A stretch of DNA of 64,000 nucleotides from Epithemia pelagica. Its lineage: Eukaryota > Protista > Bacillariophyta. The notes beneath the pieces are model-generated. The model did not search any database. It was not told the DNA's origin and saw nothing but the letters and a program-made list of their open reading frames with translations. Made by a program: the position numbers and the translations under genes. The stretch covers positions 806,001 to 870,000 of the forward strand of contig OX337233.1 in assembly GCA_946965045.2 (NCBI GenBank), written 5' to 3'. Positions 1 to 12,106 of the stretch are shown in pieces (positions within the stretch are counted from its first letter, which is position 1; each line of letters begins with the position of its first letter).

Positions 1-8
1 CTAGCAAC

Positions 9-2183
9 ATGCCCGGAGGAGGATCCCAACCTCGTCGAAAACGACCCGATTTACGACCCACACCCTATCGCATGGATCTCGAAGAACATCATTCCGTGGA
101 TCCTTCGTTGGAGGAGGAGGATGGAGGCCTGTCGGACCACCACCACGATTCACCAACCATGGAGAACACAAAGGCGGCGATTCCGATGGAATTGCCTAGT
201 CAAGACAATGATGACATGGTGCAACGCACATTGGTCTTTCCTCCTACGGAAGAAACAGCAACAGCAGCAAGTCATGTCGTACATGCCAGACGGACCATTG
301 CCCAGGTCCAAGAGATTGTATCCACCCATAAGCAAGATCCTTCTCCCTCACAACCACGCCCAGTCGAAGTGACGACTGTGTCTGGTCCCAAACCCGATCC
401 GCCGAGTCCCTTGCTACGAGGGATCTACCTACCAATGTCGACTACTACGACCGACCAGCACCACACGGTCAAACCTGATCCACCGTGTGTGGCGGCGGGC
501 ACCGCATCGTCTCATGCGACAGATGCTGTTGCTGCGAGTACTCCTATTCCAAACCGACAAAACCAACCAGAGGTGGCGGTCCATCGGTGGCAGGGTCCAC
601 GAGATCCAACCCCTTGCAAACAAGAGGTACTACGATCCTTTGTCGTGGTTTCAAAACGAGAAGCCCCAATAGTCTCCTGCGACACGAGGGGTGTGCCACA
701 CGAGCAAGCGCACCACCCGCAAGATCCTCCCCTTGTAAGCACGACACCATCACCTCCACTACAGTCCAGAAGCTCCCCGCAACCAAGTCGTCCTACGGTG
801 GACCTTGGGAATGAGGTGGAACGGACGCTAGTTCCGCCCGAGGATGCCACTGTTGAGGTGGAATACAATGTCATTTCCAGTACTGATGACGGTGCGAAGA
901 ACCAGCCGAGCGCGACACAAAACTCGTGCGACTCCCATCACGCCGAGACCGACATGGATCAAACTACTGTCGATAGGGTGAGCTCGGCTGTCGAGGCGGC
1001 CCCAAACCTACTAGATGGTGAGGGATCCGAACGAGGAAAAAAGAATTCGAGCCAAGTCAATTCCATTGACGAAATGGATAATCTACAAAATGACAGAGCT
1101 GTCACTACCATCGACGTTCAAGAGATGGACACGGACGACAATTGTGATCCACCTCCTTTGGATAGCAAGAGTGTTTCAGAAGAGGAAAATGATGAGGAAC
1201 CAATTGTGGAGAAACCCAATACTCGACAAGTTGAACATGGTGGGCGCAGGAGAACACGAAAGCAGCCCTCTCGTTTTGGATCGTACGCGACGGAGGAAGA
1301 AATTGAACGCAAACTTCGACGAAAAAAGAAGGCTCCACTTGCCAAGGCAAATCCAAAAGCATCCAAAGGCAAGGGTGGCTCTGAAAAGTTGGTGAAAGCC
1401 ACTCGGATATGTGCCACAAGAGACAGTGCCTCCAGAACACGCTCAGACAAAGAGCACCAGCACACTAGTGAAATGGACCAAGTGACGAGTAAGAACGAAA
1501 CTATCGCCATGTCGACCAATAACCAATCATCATCTGAGGATGAAGAAACCGGTGAACAAGATGAATGGTCTGACGCAGAGATTGAAGCCCTTCGACGGGC
1601 TCAAGCAACCGTTGACCCACGGTCAAGTTTCTATTGGGACCGCGTCGCAGGTTTCCTCACCGATCGGACAGCGGAAGAATGCAACAGCAAATGGTTTTCT
1701 CTGGTTGCTACTCCCAAATGCCCAAGGGTTAACCATAATGATAAGGAGGGATCCAGAGCGGAACCACGACCGACAAGCAAGGAGGATGACATGTTTGATT
1801 CTTCACCACAATCAAGTGGCGATTGGAAAGCCGCCATTAACGAGACAATGGACCTGGGAAGTCCGATTGTGCTTGACGTTGCGGAACCAGTGACTCGACC
1901 AGGAGACAGTGCCCTAAATCCCAAGGCTGGATACAAATCCTACATTGCACGATTGACGCGAGAAATGAACAAGGACAAGCGCGGCAAACCAAAAGGTCGA
2001 AAACAACGACCCACACCAAGTGTTGGCCCGACGAGCAAGACATGTTCCCAATCGGTGCACCAAGAGGATTACGAACTCAAGGCTCGAATGACTCCCGGTG
2101 GGACATTGACGGTACGTCAAATTGGTAGTCCCGAGGAGGAAGACGACGACGACGAAGAGTTTTACGAGGACTACGAGGAGTAG
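9..2183 (+). CDS. Myb/SANT-domain protein, M18BP1/KNL2-like C-terminal region; may extend 5' beyond the window
   Basis: 724-aa ORF, mostly disordered, with one SANT/Myb repeat EWSDAEIEALRRAQATVDPRSSFYWDRVAGFLTDRTAEECNSKW (~1563-1695), a basic NLS-like patch (RKLRRKKKAP) and downstream motifs DDMFDSSP and YKSYIARL. The frame is open upstream to the window edge. Confidence 0.75.
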   Translation: MPGGGSQPRRKRPDLRPTPYRMDLEEHHSVDPSLEEEDGGLSDHHHDSPTMENTKAAIPMELPSQDNDDMVQRTLVFPPTEETATAASHVVHARRTIAQVQEIVSTHKQDPSPSQPRPVEVTTVSGPKPDPPSPLLRGIYLPMSTTTTDQHHTVKPDPPCVAAGTASSHATDAVAASTPIPNRQNQPEVAVHRWQGPRDPTPCKQEVLRSFVVVSKREAPIVSCDTRGVPHEQAHHPQDPPLVSTTPSPPLQSRSSPQPSRPTVDLGNEVERTLVPPEDATVEVEYNVISSTDDGAKNQPSATQNSCDSHHAETDMDQTTVDRVSSAVEAAPNLLDGEGSERGKKNSSQVNSIDEMDNLQNDRAVTTIDVQEMDTDDNCDPPPLDSKSVSEEENDEEPIVEKPNTRQVEHGGRRRTRKQPSRFGSYATEEEIERKLRRKKKAPLAKANPKASKGKGGSEKLVKATRICATRDSASRTRSDKEHQHTSEMDQVTSKNETIAMSTNNQSSSEDEETGEQDEWSDAEIEALRRAQATVDPRSSFYWDRVAGFLTDRTAEECNSKWFSLVATPKCPRVNHNDKEGSRAEPRPTSKEDDMFDSSPQSSGDWKAAINETMDLGSPIVLDVAEPVTRPGDSALNPKAGYKSYIARLTREMNKDKRGKPKGRKQRPTPSVGPTSKTCSQSVHQEDYELKARMTPGGTLTVRQIGSPEEEDDDDEEFYEDYEE

Positions 2184-2380
2184 ACATGCTAGTACGAATC
2201 GAAATTCGATTGTTGTTCAAAAGTTTACAAAAGCGTTAAAAATTAAAAAACTGGTGGTTCCAAAAAAAATCAAAATAGACAAAAAAGATACCCCTCTTTC
2301 CCTGTGTTGTTTTGTTTCGTAGATCGTAGCATCCCAAAGATGAGAAAGCATATCACGTGCCACGCATCGCGGTGTCGCAA

Positions 2381-3016
2381 TCATGATTCGTTATCGTCGT
2401 CGTGAACCAGCAACACGTTGGTCGGTGTCGGTCGTCGAAAAACTTGTACAATGTACAAGGTTCCATGGTGGTGATCCATGGCAGTTGCCATTCCCATGGA
2501 CTGCGACAAGACCTGAGCACGATAGGCCGCGTCACCACGCACAGCAGGAGAACGATTCGTGCCACGTCCTGCTGGAAACCAGTGCTGTCGTCGCCACCCC
2601 GAGGATTGGGTGCGAGTCGCATGACAAGGATCCAGAACAGTGCTGCGGCTTTCCATGGCCTTGAAATGAACATGATGAATGGATGGTCCGGCACGAACCA
2701 TGGTTTCCACCAGGTTGTTGTTGTTGTTCCAGGTGGTAGTGGAAGAAGTGTCCGTCGCCAGATCGTGGGGACGAACCGCAGCCTCGTTGGTGGTTCCACC
2801 TTCATCATCCTCAACAACAACATCATCAGGTTGCGATATCAGTGACGAACATGTGGAGGACAAGGAAAGCTGCTCCGTGTCATCTTCGTTGGTATTCTCA
2901 GGATTGTGTTTTGTTCTCGTCTTGTCGTTGTCATTATTGTCGTTGTTGTCGTTGTGTGAAACTATCGTGCATCCAATCACGCGTGACTGAATCACCCCTG
3001 CTTGGGGGTAAGACAT
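2381..3016 (-). CDS. hypothetical low-complexity protein (frame uncertain)
   Basis: 211-aa ORF with the N/D/T-rich composition seen in real genes of this window. No recognisable domain, and an overlapping alternative frame exists (2353-2826). Confidence 0.25.
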   Translation of the reverse strand: MSYPQAGVIQSRVIGCTIVSHNDNNDNNDNDKTRTKHNPENTNEDDTEQLSLSSTCSSLISQPDDVVVEDDEGGTTNEAAVRPHDLATDTSSTTTWNNNNNLVETMVRAGPSIHHVHFKAMESRSTVLDPCHATRTQSSGWRRQHWFPAGRGTNRSPAVRGDAAYRAQVLSQSMGMATAMDHHHGTLYIVQVFRRPTPTNVLLVHDDDNES

Positions 3017-5116
3017 CCCCCAACGCGATCAATGAAAGACGCCCAATACCGAATCTCACACTTCTTGGGCAGCTTTGCAGCGAGTCTGGCGGGACTGAGG
3101 AGCAATGGAAGCTACCATACCTACCTAGGTAGTAGGGTAGCGTTTATATCGCTTGTGCTTTCCTAAAAGCTCCAATATAGATAGCCATGACGGTAGGACT
3201 CCGTACTTGGCTCGAACAGAATACAACGAATGCTTTCGATGCATCTGTGTGACAACTGCCTGTTCACCAAAATGCAGGTCGGCGACGAATCCTGTATGAC
3301 CAACACGAGAAAGTGTCTAGTTCATGTTGAAATTTTGTATTTGCAGAGGGACCGCTGGGACCGATAGAGTCGGATGCGCAATACAACGCCATTGTCTTTT
3401 TGCGTTAGGAGCTGTGACCTCAACGCCGTTTCCAATGAGCTGCGAAGTTTTACTGTCCTGCGCTCTTTCGAGACACGAAGAACTCCAAAAATAGACAAGA
3501 AGCTACAAAATTCCTGGTATTGTCCACATCGTCGTTTCGGAATCACATGCGTTGCAGTCCTTGGATTTGCACCACGTCTCCAATTTCAAAAGTGGCGTTG
3601 CTGCTGCTGCTGCTGCTGTTGTGGTCCATTTTGGTCCTCGAATTTCTTGTTGGGGCTCTGTGGAAGAAAATGTTTGTCAGCTATGTTCCGCTGTCTGTTG
3701 AACAAAGTGAGTGAACATCCAACTCGCTATCAAGCATTGATGATTCCGTTGCTTGCTCTGCAGTGTCTTACCTTCTTATGATCCAAACTCCTTTGAGAAG
3801 ATGATGACTGATGACAATGGAGCGACGGGAATTTCATTCCGAGAACTGTGGGTTCGTATCTTTCGTCTCGTGATTCGTGATTGCTTTCGTGGCCGTGGGA
3901 CTGGATGGGAGTGACGTGGCGGATTCTGGTCAGTATTCAGCGACTAACAAGCGACTCAAACGCCCGGGTCGATATCTCACCCTTTTCTGCGGGATGGACG
4001 TTGTCATGGTGTGTCTCTGTTCTTGGATCATCTTGGTTCTCTTTTACGACGCGCCAAAGTCCACCATGGAACACAGAGGGCATGAGGCGAAACAGTATGG
4101 GGAGTCGAACGACTTTTTGCGATGTATCTACATTGCCGCGACAACTATGTAGTATGATATCATGACGAGCCACGCCAACAACAACAACAACAACAAGACA
4201 CTCCAGGGTTTGGAAACCCTTAAAATCTCCATGTATAAAGTCCAGGGTGGATTCCTTCCACCGAGTAGATATTCGTGGGAGAGATGATGACGATGATGAT
4301 TGGGCCAAAACTGTGTGGAACGTTGCCGTCGCACGAACTGTCTACCTAGTAGAGGAGGAATACGTGTGGCTCAAAGGGAAATGAAATGTACATCATCATT
4401 GGTTACGACACCACAAAAGGTTGCAAGATCCTTGTCGACCAGGAAGCAACAACCGATAGGAGACTAGGTAGACATGGCAAAGGGAAAGGTTTGGTTGGGT
4501 AGCTAGGAGTTCTCTCATCGCCCTTTGTTGCGGACCGAGATGCGCGCGCGTGCTCACAAACTCGTAAGTATGGCTCTCATGTTTGTCGACTCTGCATCTA
4601 TTGTATGGAAGACGGCAAAGATTCTCTTCTTTTGGCCAGCACACACCAAGGACAAAGATCTCTCAAGACGAAGAAGACGACGAAGAAGAAGAAGAGCGCA
4701 GCCATAATCACAACAACAATCTCGTTGTCAAGACAAGGACACCAACGAGATTCAACGACTGGTTCCAGCAGTGGCGACAAGAGAGTGTATAGTTCTTCAT
4801 CGGTGGTGACAGTTCGACCTGTTTCTCTCTCCTTTGTTTGGGTGGTAGAGTTCACACCCACTTTTGTGGTCTAGCTACTAGGACACACATACAAAGGTTG
4901 CCTCTCCTCCAGTGGATATATATTATACAGACAGTGTCGACCGACCAGCAGCAGCAAATCAAACGAGGAGTGGACGACGACGACAACACGGGAGGACCGT
5001 CCATCACGCAAACAACACAACAAACCAACAACCCGAACCATTGGATCCCCCCAAATCGTTCCAAAAAACCAACCACCACAAGCAACAACGACGACAACCA
5101 CCACACTCCCCAAACA

Positions 5117-8100
5117 ATGACCAGCGGCATGGATTTGTTTGTCGGTCAAGGATCGGCCGAATTGTTTGATCCAGCCTTTCGTCATCAAATCTTGTTGGAA
5201 GTGGTGGGATGTACCGGATTGGAACGAGCCTTGCATCCGACGACGACAAGTAGTAGTACGAAGGATGCCAGCCAACAGGACAAGGACGCTCCAGCCACCA
5301 AGAACAAGAAGCAAGCCAACAAGGTTGCATCCAAGAAAAAGACGAATCACAAATCCAAGAATGCCGACCATGACACTCTGGACGACGACCATGACAATGA
5401 AGAGGAAGAAGAGGAAGACGATGCCGGCAATCGCATTCATCCCTATTGCGTCGTGCAATTGGCCCAATTGGTGGTGCACAAAACCAAGGCTCTACGGGGC
5501 GGTGATCCCACGACGCATTTCAATCCCATTTGGACTATTTTGACCAAGAGTTTGTGCGTCTTGGAAATTCCCACCGTCCAAGCCTTGGACGAATCGGTTC
5601 CCGGATCGCCGCGTCGGGCCCTGGGCTTTTCGGAACACGAATCGCACAAGTCCATTTTGGAAACGGGCTTGTCCCTGCATGTCTGGCAATCGCATCCGCA
5701 ACATGTCCGATTGGGAACCATTGCCTTGACCTTGGATCAAGTGCGAGCCATTGCCTTGACGCAACCGGGAGAACGATTGGAATTTCCCTTGCATGTGGAA
5801 CAACCACAACAACCACATGACACTCATCCAAAAGAAGCAGCATTGACGCGAGCACCGTCTCAAGTCTTGGATGCGTCCTCCATTCGGGATGGATCCGCCA
5901 CCCGTCCTCCCATTGTCGCCTTGCGCATGCGATTGGCCACGGTCGACGATTTGATTCAATTGGGCAAACATGCCCCGCTCGAACGCAGCCGCAGTCAAGA
6001 CGACGACGACGAGGACGACAATGACGCCACCAATGGCTTGCCCAGCAACTTGCCCACCAATACAATCTTTCAGGATTGGACGAAACAGGCGGCCGATTTG
6101 GAATTCAAGGAAGTCCGCATCAAGTCCATTTTTCAATCCTACAAAAAGACGGTCCACGGTGTCAAACACTATCGGGTCATGCCCGGACCAGATCCCTTTC
6201 GCCCTACCGTGGAAACGGAATGGATGACCAAGACTCAAATTCTCGATCGGGCCTTGCATCCGTCCTATCACTTTGTCCATGTCGGAACGGGTACCGTTGG
6301 CAAGTGTTTTGTCGAAATTTTGGGCGCCAACGAGTTGCCCAACATGGACCTGAGCGTGTCGGGTGACAATCGCACCGACCCCTTTGTGGCCATGGTCTTT
6401 GAAGATTGCATGGTCCGGACGGACATGTTGTGGGATGAATTGAATCCACGATGGATGCCCTGGACGATGCGAGCCTTTTGTTTTCACATTCGGCATCCCC
6501 AATCCCTCTTGTTATTGGGAGTCTTTGATTACGATGAACCGCCGCTCGAAAGTCACGATGCCGTGGGTCGTATTTGCATCAATTTGGCCCACTTTTATCC
6601 CGATACCACCTATCTGTTGCACTATGATTTGCAACACGATCCTCGATTTCCCCCGCACTTGGCGGGACGAGGCCAAGTCCAATTGCGATTGCGCGTCGAA
6701 TGGACCAATGAAGTGGAAATGCACAAACTGAGTTTCACGGCGCCACCCAAGTGTATTTTGAATTGCAAGACGGACAAGTGCTTTCAAGTCTTGAGATATC
6801 TCAAACGGGGACCGGTCGATATGGAAACCTCCTCCATGGAAACCATCAAAGTGTATTGTGGGGAAGTGGCACAATATTGGAGACGGTATTGTCACTTTTT
6901 GGATATCTTGTTTGAAGTCTTTTTGTGGCGGGGGCGATTGCCATTGTGGAACAACCCTGCAAAGGACCAGAGCTCGCCTCACAAGGTGCGCACCATCTGG
7001 TTCCCCTTGCATTCCATGGCCTTGTCCGTGGCGGTCTTGACCAGTTTGGAATATCCGCGCTTGATTGGACCCATGTTCTTGTATGCCATTGCCTGGATTT
7101 TGTTGACCATTAATTATCACAACAGTCGTCATCCCTATCCGTGGAAACGATGCAAGAAATGGATGGAAAGCAATTATGCCGTGTGGACCGGCCGACCCCT
7201 CAAACGGCGCGTCCGCATCCCGGCCATGTCGGACGACGACGAGGCGGTTCGGGCCGCGCACCGCCAAGAGTTGGTGGACGAATGGCGTGGCACTCGCATG
7301 AGTGCCTTGATTGGCGCGACACTGAGTTTTTACAATCAAATGTATCAAATTTACAGTACCACCAGTGTCACGGCCAAATTCTTTTCCACCAAACAATCCG
7401 GATGGACCTTGTTTGGGAGTAAATTGACGTATCCGCACATGGTCCTCAAGTACCTGTGCAAATATTCTCGCTTGTATTTGGGCTTTTTGAATTGGGATGG
7501 CTACGGTGCCCACAGTGTCGTGTGGAAATGTCTCGTGGTGGCCACCCTGTGGCTCTTTTTGCCCGTCAATGCCATTTTGTTGTGGGTCTGCCGCATCTTG
7601 GCCTGGACCTTGCTCGGTCCCTGGATGAAATTGGTGGATATCTATTGGATTCATTCCTGGTACAAAACGTCGGACGAATTGGCCGACTTAGCCCAGCAAG
7701 GCGTGCAAGATCCGGGACCGGACTTGCCCAATTACAATGCCGTCCTCCAAAGTGGGTGGCTCAAGGACATGGCCTACAATGGCCGATTGGTGGCCGAACA
7801 TGCGCTCAAACTCAAGGATATGCGCGATTACCGTTTTGGTCGTTACAGTGAATTCATTCCCGCCTTGGACGAATCGCAGTATCCCAGCATTCCCTTGCCC
7901 CAATCCACAGCCGAACCCTTTGTCCCTCCACCAACGACCCGTACTAGTTCGTCCAACTCGAGCCGCATGGGTGCGACCCAACGGGCGGCCACGGCCCACA
8001 TGGCCTTGCCGAAACGATTGGTGGTGGGTCAAAAATTACGGGGCAGCATGATTATGGAACCCGATTCGTCTCGTCCATCCAAACACCACACTCACGACAA

Positions 8101-8539
8101 TCACCAAAGCAACAACAACAACAACACGACGAGCAGCAATTACCAAGACCCTCCGCCCTCGGCACCGCCCGCCACACCCCCACGCACTCCACCCGGTCAT
8201 GTTTCGTATACGCGATCCGTGTCGGGAGCTCCACCCGTTCCCGATGCCCAAAGTCCTACCCGTGAATCCTCCTCTTTGTCCTCCTCCTTTTTTAGTTCGT
8301 GGCGACGGGGACGATCCACGAGTGGTACGCAACCACTATCTGAGCAGGAGGAATGGAGAACGTCCTTGCAACAACCCTCCCTCCTGCCAGCCCGTCAAGT
8401 AGCAGAAGAAGAGGAATCGGTGCATTTGGCTCCTTCTGTGCGGAGGAGAACCGCCAGTCCACCGCGCCCATTGCCTCGCGATCGGAGTCCGGTCCGACAC
8501 TTGTCCCTTGCCTTTTCCCAACGCATCAAGGTGGAATAA
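5117..8539 (+). CDS. Multiple C2-domain transmembrane protein (MCTP-like)
   Basis: Part of the 1233-aa ORF; first plausible ATG at 5117. Two C2 domains (HPYCVVQLAQLVVHKTK...NPIW; VEILGANELPNMD...TDPFVAMVFED...NPRW...LGVFDYD...HDAVGRICINL), followed by hydrophobic TM segments and a disordered tail. Confidence 0.85.
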   Translation: MTSGMDLFVGQGSAELFDPAFRHQILLEVVGCTGLERALHPTTTSSSTKDASQQDKDAPATKNKKQANKVASKKKTNHKSKNADHDTLDDDHDNEEEEEEDDAGNRIHPYCVVQLAQLVVHKTKALRGGDPTTHFNPIWTILTKSLCVLEIPTVQALDESVPGSPRRALGFSEHESHKSILETGLSLHVWQSHPQHVRLGTIALTLDQVRAIALTQPGERLEFPLHVEQPQQPHDTHPKEAALTRAPSQVLDASSIRDGSATRPPIVALRMRLATVDDLIQLGKHAPLERSRSQDDDDEDDNDATNGLPSNLPTNTIFQDWTKQAADLEFKEVRIKSIFQSYKKTVHGVKHYRVMPGPDPFRPTVETEWMTKTQILDRALHPSYHFVHVGTGTVGKCFVEILGANELPNMDLSVSGDNRTDPFVAMVFEDCMVRTDMLWDELNPRWMPWTMRAFCFHIRHPQSLLLLGVFDYDEPPLESHDAVGRICINLAHFYPDTTYLLHYDLQHDPRFPPHLAGRGQVQLRLRVEWTNEVEMHKLSFTAPPKCILNCKTDKCFQVLRYLKRGPVDMETSSMETIKVYCGEVAQYWRRYCHFLDILFEVFLWRGRLPLWNNPAKDQSSPHKVRTIWFPLHSMALSVAVLTSLEYPRLIGPMFLYAIAWILLTINYHNSRHPYPWKRCKKWMESNYAVWTGRPLKRRVRIPAMSDDDEAVRAAHRQELVDEWRGTRMSALIGATLSFYNQMYQIYSTTSVTAKFFSTKQSGWTLFGSKLTYPHMVLKYLCKYSRLYLGFLNWDGYGAHSVVWKCLVVATLWLFLPVNAILLWVCRILAWTLLGPWMKLVDIYWIHSWYKTSDELADLAQQGVQDPGPDLPNYNAVLQSGWLKDMAYNGRLVAEHALKLKDMRDYRFGRYSEFIPALDESQYPSIPLPQSTAEPFVPPPTTRTSSSNSSRMGATQRAATAHMALPKRLVVGQKLRGSMIMEPDSSRPSKHHTHDNHQSNNNNNTTSSNYQDPPPSAPPATPPRTPPGHVSYTRSVSGAPPVPDAQSPTRESSSLSSSFFSSWRRGRSTSGTQPLSEQEEWRTSLQQPSLLPARQVAEEEESVHLAPSVRRRTASPPRPLPRDRSPVRHLSLAFSQRIKVE

Positions 8540-9262
8540 TGAAAATAGAAAGAAGAAGAAGAATATCACCAAGAATCATCCCTGTAATGGGATATCGTAC
8601 TCTGTTATTGTAGGAGTGGAAAATGATTACACGAGAATCTAATCAACAATCCTGAGATTCTCTCAAATAGCTGTATAGGAAAGCTCCATATATCCTTCTG
8701 GGGTGTCCAAGATCTCCCTCGGTTTGGCAAACGAGGTTTGAGACAATCGTTCCTAAGGTATCTTACCTGCAATAGAGTCACCCGGCGTGTGTGTGTGATC
8801 CGCAATCCGAGTCAGCCGGTCGTCGACAGTCAGTGGTTGTGTATGCGAGGATGCCGTGCTTCTTCGTGACTGCTCAGTCACAAAAGCCATCGGACAACCG
8901 AAAACACAAAGGAGGAAGAAGTCTGCCATGGCATGTGTGTGTACCGGTCGTGTAGACCATTGGACCATGATGCGGGAACCAACGCCCAACTCGGCAGGAG
9001 TGTAGAATGTGGTTGCGACTCTCTCCAGTCGCAAGCATCTCACACAGTGCAAGGGGGGCACAATCGGATGTCTACAAAGTCGGTGAGTCTTTTTGGACGC
9101 TTCTTCTTCCTCTTCCTGTTGCGCGCAACAGCTTTTCGACGACTGAAAGAGGAGAGAACCCCAACTCGAAATTGTGCTATTGTTGTTGGTGGTGTGATCG
9201 GTGTAGAGAGAGAAAGAAACTCCATCCAGAACAAGAACTCCAAAGCACGGAGGAGGAGGAGG

Positions 9263-11254
9263 ATGGAGCCGCTAAACCCACTCGAAAAAGAATCCTTGTC
9301 CCAGACAAACCCCCAGGAGGAGGATTCTCACAACACCAAAACACATGAGAGGAATCATAGCAGCAACAACCCTCTTCCAAACGACAACGACGAGAAGGAG
9401 ACCAACGACCAAACGGACCAACAGCACTTTACAAACAATCCTGACGACAACAATGACGACACGAACGAGGTTTGGCAATTGCCACCGGGTGCCGCCACGA
9501 TTGTCCGAACCATTGCCGCCGAACGCATTGTCCATGGCTGGTTGGGTCAACTCTTGCAACACTCGTTCCAACAAAAACGAAAACACCGACAACCACAATC
9601 ATTCACGTGTCGTCGCCGTATTTCACCCCGCTTTTGGCAGGCCTTGCAATCCGTCGTGGAGGAATTTCCCAGTTTGAAGTACAAGACCTATCTGTTTCAA
9701 CAGTCATCATTGTCCAGTAGCAGCAACCACCACAAGAACAAGAACACTCCTGCCCCACAGTCATCGTCATCGTTGCAATGGTTGGATCCCTTGTCCATTG
9801 TCTTGCGAGCTTCACCACCCCTGTCCTTGGTCCAAACCTTGTTGGTAAATCGTCGTGGTCATTCCGACACTGGTTCTTCTTTTTCGTGGTTGCACATTGC
9901 CTGCGAATATGGAGCCTCCTTGGACGTGTTGCACTGTTTGCACCACTACAATCCCTCGTGGATTTTGCAGCCGCATGCCTCCACAGGATGGTTGCCCTTT
10001 CATGTCGCCTGCCGTTCCTGTGGTTCGTGGTCGGACGACAATCACTACCATCATCCTTCTTCTCCTCCAAACGACTCGTCGGTTCGGACCCGTCTCCAAT
10101 GGTTGGCGCAGGCCCATCCAGCCGCCCTGTCCATGCCCGAACCCCTGCATGGATGTTGGCCCTTGCACTTGCTCTTGCTGAATGAGAATGACCAGGAAGA
10201 GGAGGAGGAACTACAACAACCACTACAACACGGGGAGGCACTCACGAATGCGACTGGTCCACAAAAAGCGTCCGAAATGCCGCAATCGAAAGGATGGTTG
10301 TACGACGTCGTCCAGTGGATGCTCCACGTTTGTCCCCAATCGGCCGCCGCTCGTACGACAGTCGGAGGACGCACGCCCTTGCATGTGGCCTGTCGACGAC
10401 GGCCGAATGACAACAACACGGTTACGACCCGTCGGCTTTGTGGTGTCATTCAAGTGCTGGCCCAGGCGGCTCCCCACACGATACACGTGCCCAGTGACTC
10501 GACGGGATGGACCCCCTTGCAATTGGCCGCCGCCTTTCATCCTCCGGCCGTCGTTCAAACACTTGTCCACGAGTCGTCGTTGTCCATGGTTCCGAGAAAC
10601 CTGCCAGAAATCCCCAACCACAACGACAACAATCGCAATGACAATCACAATGATTGGACCTTGTTACACTTGGCCGTGTATTGCAATCCCAATCCACTCC
10701 CCATGGTCCACGCCTTGGCCGTAACTTGTCCCCAGTGGTTGACCATGCCCTGTCACTCCTATCACGGCAATACACCCTTGCAGTGTGCCTGCCTTCGCTT
10801 GGCCCAGTGTTTGCAATCCGAGCAGGACGAGGAGAACGAGGAGGATTCGGTGGTCGAACCCAGTCTCCTGATTCGACGCCTCCAAGACACGATTGCCGCC
10901 TTGGTCCAATTGGCACCCCACACACGGACCATGACAAATGATCATGGCAAACTGCCTTGGCAATTGGTCACGGCGGCCATTGCCTCGCATGCCACCACCA
11001 AAACAAAACATACGACCACCATGACCACCAACCGTCGGTCTGGCTCATCCTCCGGGGCGTGTCGTACGGACAAAGCCTCCCCTGCCACCACCATCACAAC
11101 ACCCACAACCACACCACCTTGTTCCTCCTCTTGCTCGTTGCGGCGCTCCACATTCTCGTCTTCCTCCTCATCATCTCCAACGTCCTCCTCGGTCGTGTCC
11201 TTTGCAAGCTTGCGTGAAACAACACAGTTGCTGTTGCAGTCCTCGTCCTCCTAG
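9263..11254 (+). CDS. Ankyrin-repeat protein
   Basis: Several ankyrin-like repeats: WLHIACEYGASLDVL, GWLPFHVAC, GCWPLHLLL, GRTPLHVAC, GWTPLQLAA, WTLLHLAV, GNTPLQCAC, GKLPWQL. First likely ATG is 9263, inside ORF 8933-11254. Confidence 0.85.
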   Translation: MEPLNPLEKESLSQTNPQEEDSHNTKTHERNHSSNNPLPNDNDEKETNDQTDQQHFTNNPDDNNDDTNEVWQLPPGAATIVRTIAAERIVHGWLGQLLQHSFQQKRKHRQPQSFTCRRRISPRFWQALQSVVEEFPSLKYKTYLFQQSSLSSSSNHHKNKNTPAPQSSSSLQWLDPLSIVLRASPPLSLVQTLLVNRRGHSDTGSSFSWLHIACEYGASLDVLHCLHHYNPSWILQPHASTGWLPFHVACRSCGSWSDDNHYHHPSSPPNDSSVRTRLQWLAQAHPAALSMPEPLHGCWPLHLLLLNENDQEEEEELQQPLQHGEALTNATGPQKASEMPQSKGWLYDVVQWMLHVCPQSAAARTTVGGRTPLHVACRRRPNDNNTVTTRRLCGVIQVLAQAAPHTIHVPSDSTGWTPLQLAAAFHPPAVVQTLVHESSLSMVPRNLPEIPNHNDNNRNDNHNDWTLLHLAVYCNPNPLPMVHALAVTCPQWLTMPCHSYHGNTPLQCACLRLAQCLQSEQDEENEEDSVVEPSLLIRRLQDTIAALVQLAPHTRTMTNDHGKLPWQLVTAAIASHATTKTKHTTTMTTNRRSGSSSGACRTDKASPATTITTPTTTPPCSSSCSLRRSTFSSSSSSSPTSSSVVSFASLRETTQLLLQSSSS

Positions 11255-12106
11255 GTAGTCATTGTCTTCGTCTTGACAATTGTGGAAACAACAAGAACAA
11301 GAACAAGATACCACGGTGAGCTTCTCTCTCTCTCTTTTGCTGGGACCTCGACAAGGAGGAGAAACAGAAGGAGGAGGAAGAGTCATCTCTCTCTACAAGC
11401 ATCACGGATCGTAGAATTCGGAGATTGGCCAACACATACACAGACTGGTCGTACCACACACTGGAACGGTTCGACCACCGGTCTGGTCCTATGTACGTTC
11501 CGAATCATTTCCGTTTGGACGGGACATCCACCGAAAGCGGCAAATCGTCCATACCACACGGGCGCAATCACACAATTCGCCCCTGCTATAGCAGTTTACA
11601 GGTGAAACACCAATCGTAGACGAGAAGCAATGTTTTGGTTTGCCCTTGCACACATAATCAAACACACATATTACCCAAGCGGAGAGGACATCTTCAATAT
11701 CATAGCCATGACGGCCATGCATGCGTTTTGACCACTGGGGATGTTATCAAATCCTGAAACATGGAAGAGTAACATTCGCATCATTTGTCATGTGACAATC
11801 GCCTGGAACACAATGAGTTGACACACAGGACCTATCGCTCTGTTTACTTTAGCTTCCGATTGTCTTGAGCAACCCGCCTACATGCAAGTGCATGCTTGTC
11901 ACTATCTTGAAGACACTTGTCACTAGACGAGATAGTTATCAAAAGAAAGACCTGAACCAACACAAGATAGAGTTTCTATAATTGACTGTAGGATTTAGAT
12001 GAAAGTATAGGTTCACAATCCATTATACATCCAATGTTCCATAACAATACAGAGAGCAAGCTAGACGCAATGCCCCTTCGTTATAAAGTTTGTGCACTTT
12101 CACGTG

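Noticed and set aside
3322-3700. Possible degenerate gene fragment on the minus strand (FEIGDVVQIQGLQ...)
   Set aside because: Stops after about 28 codons and no convincing splice rescue was found; too weak to call.
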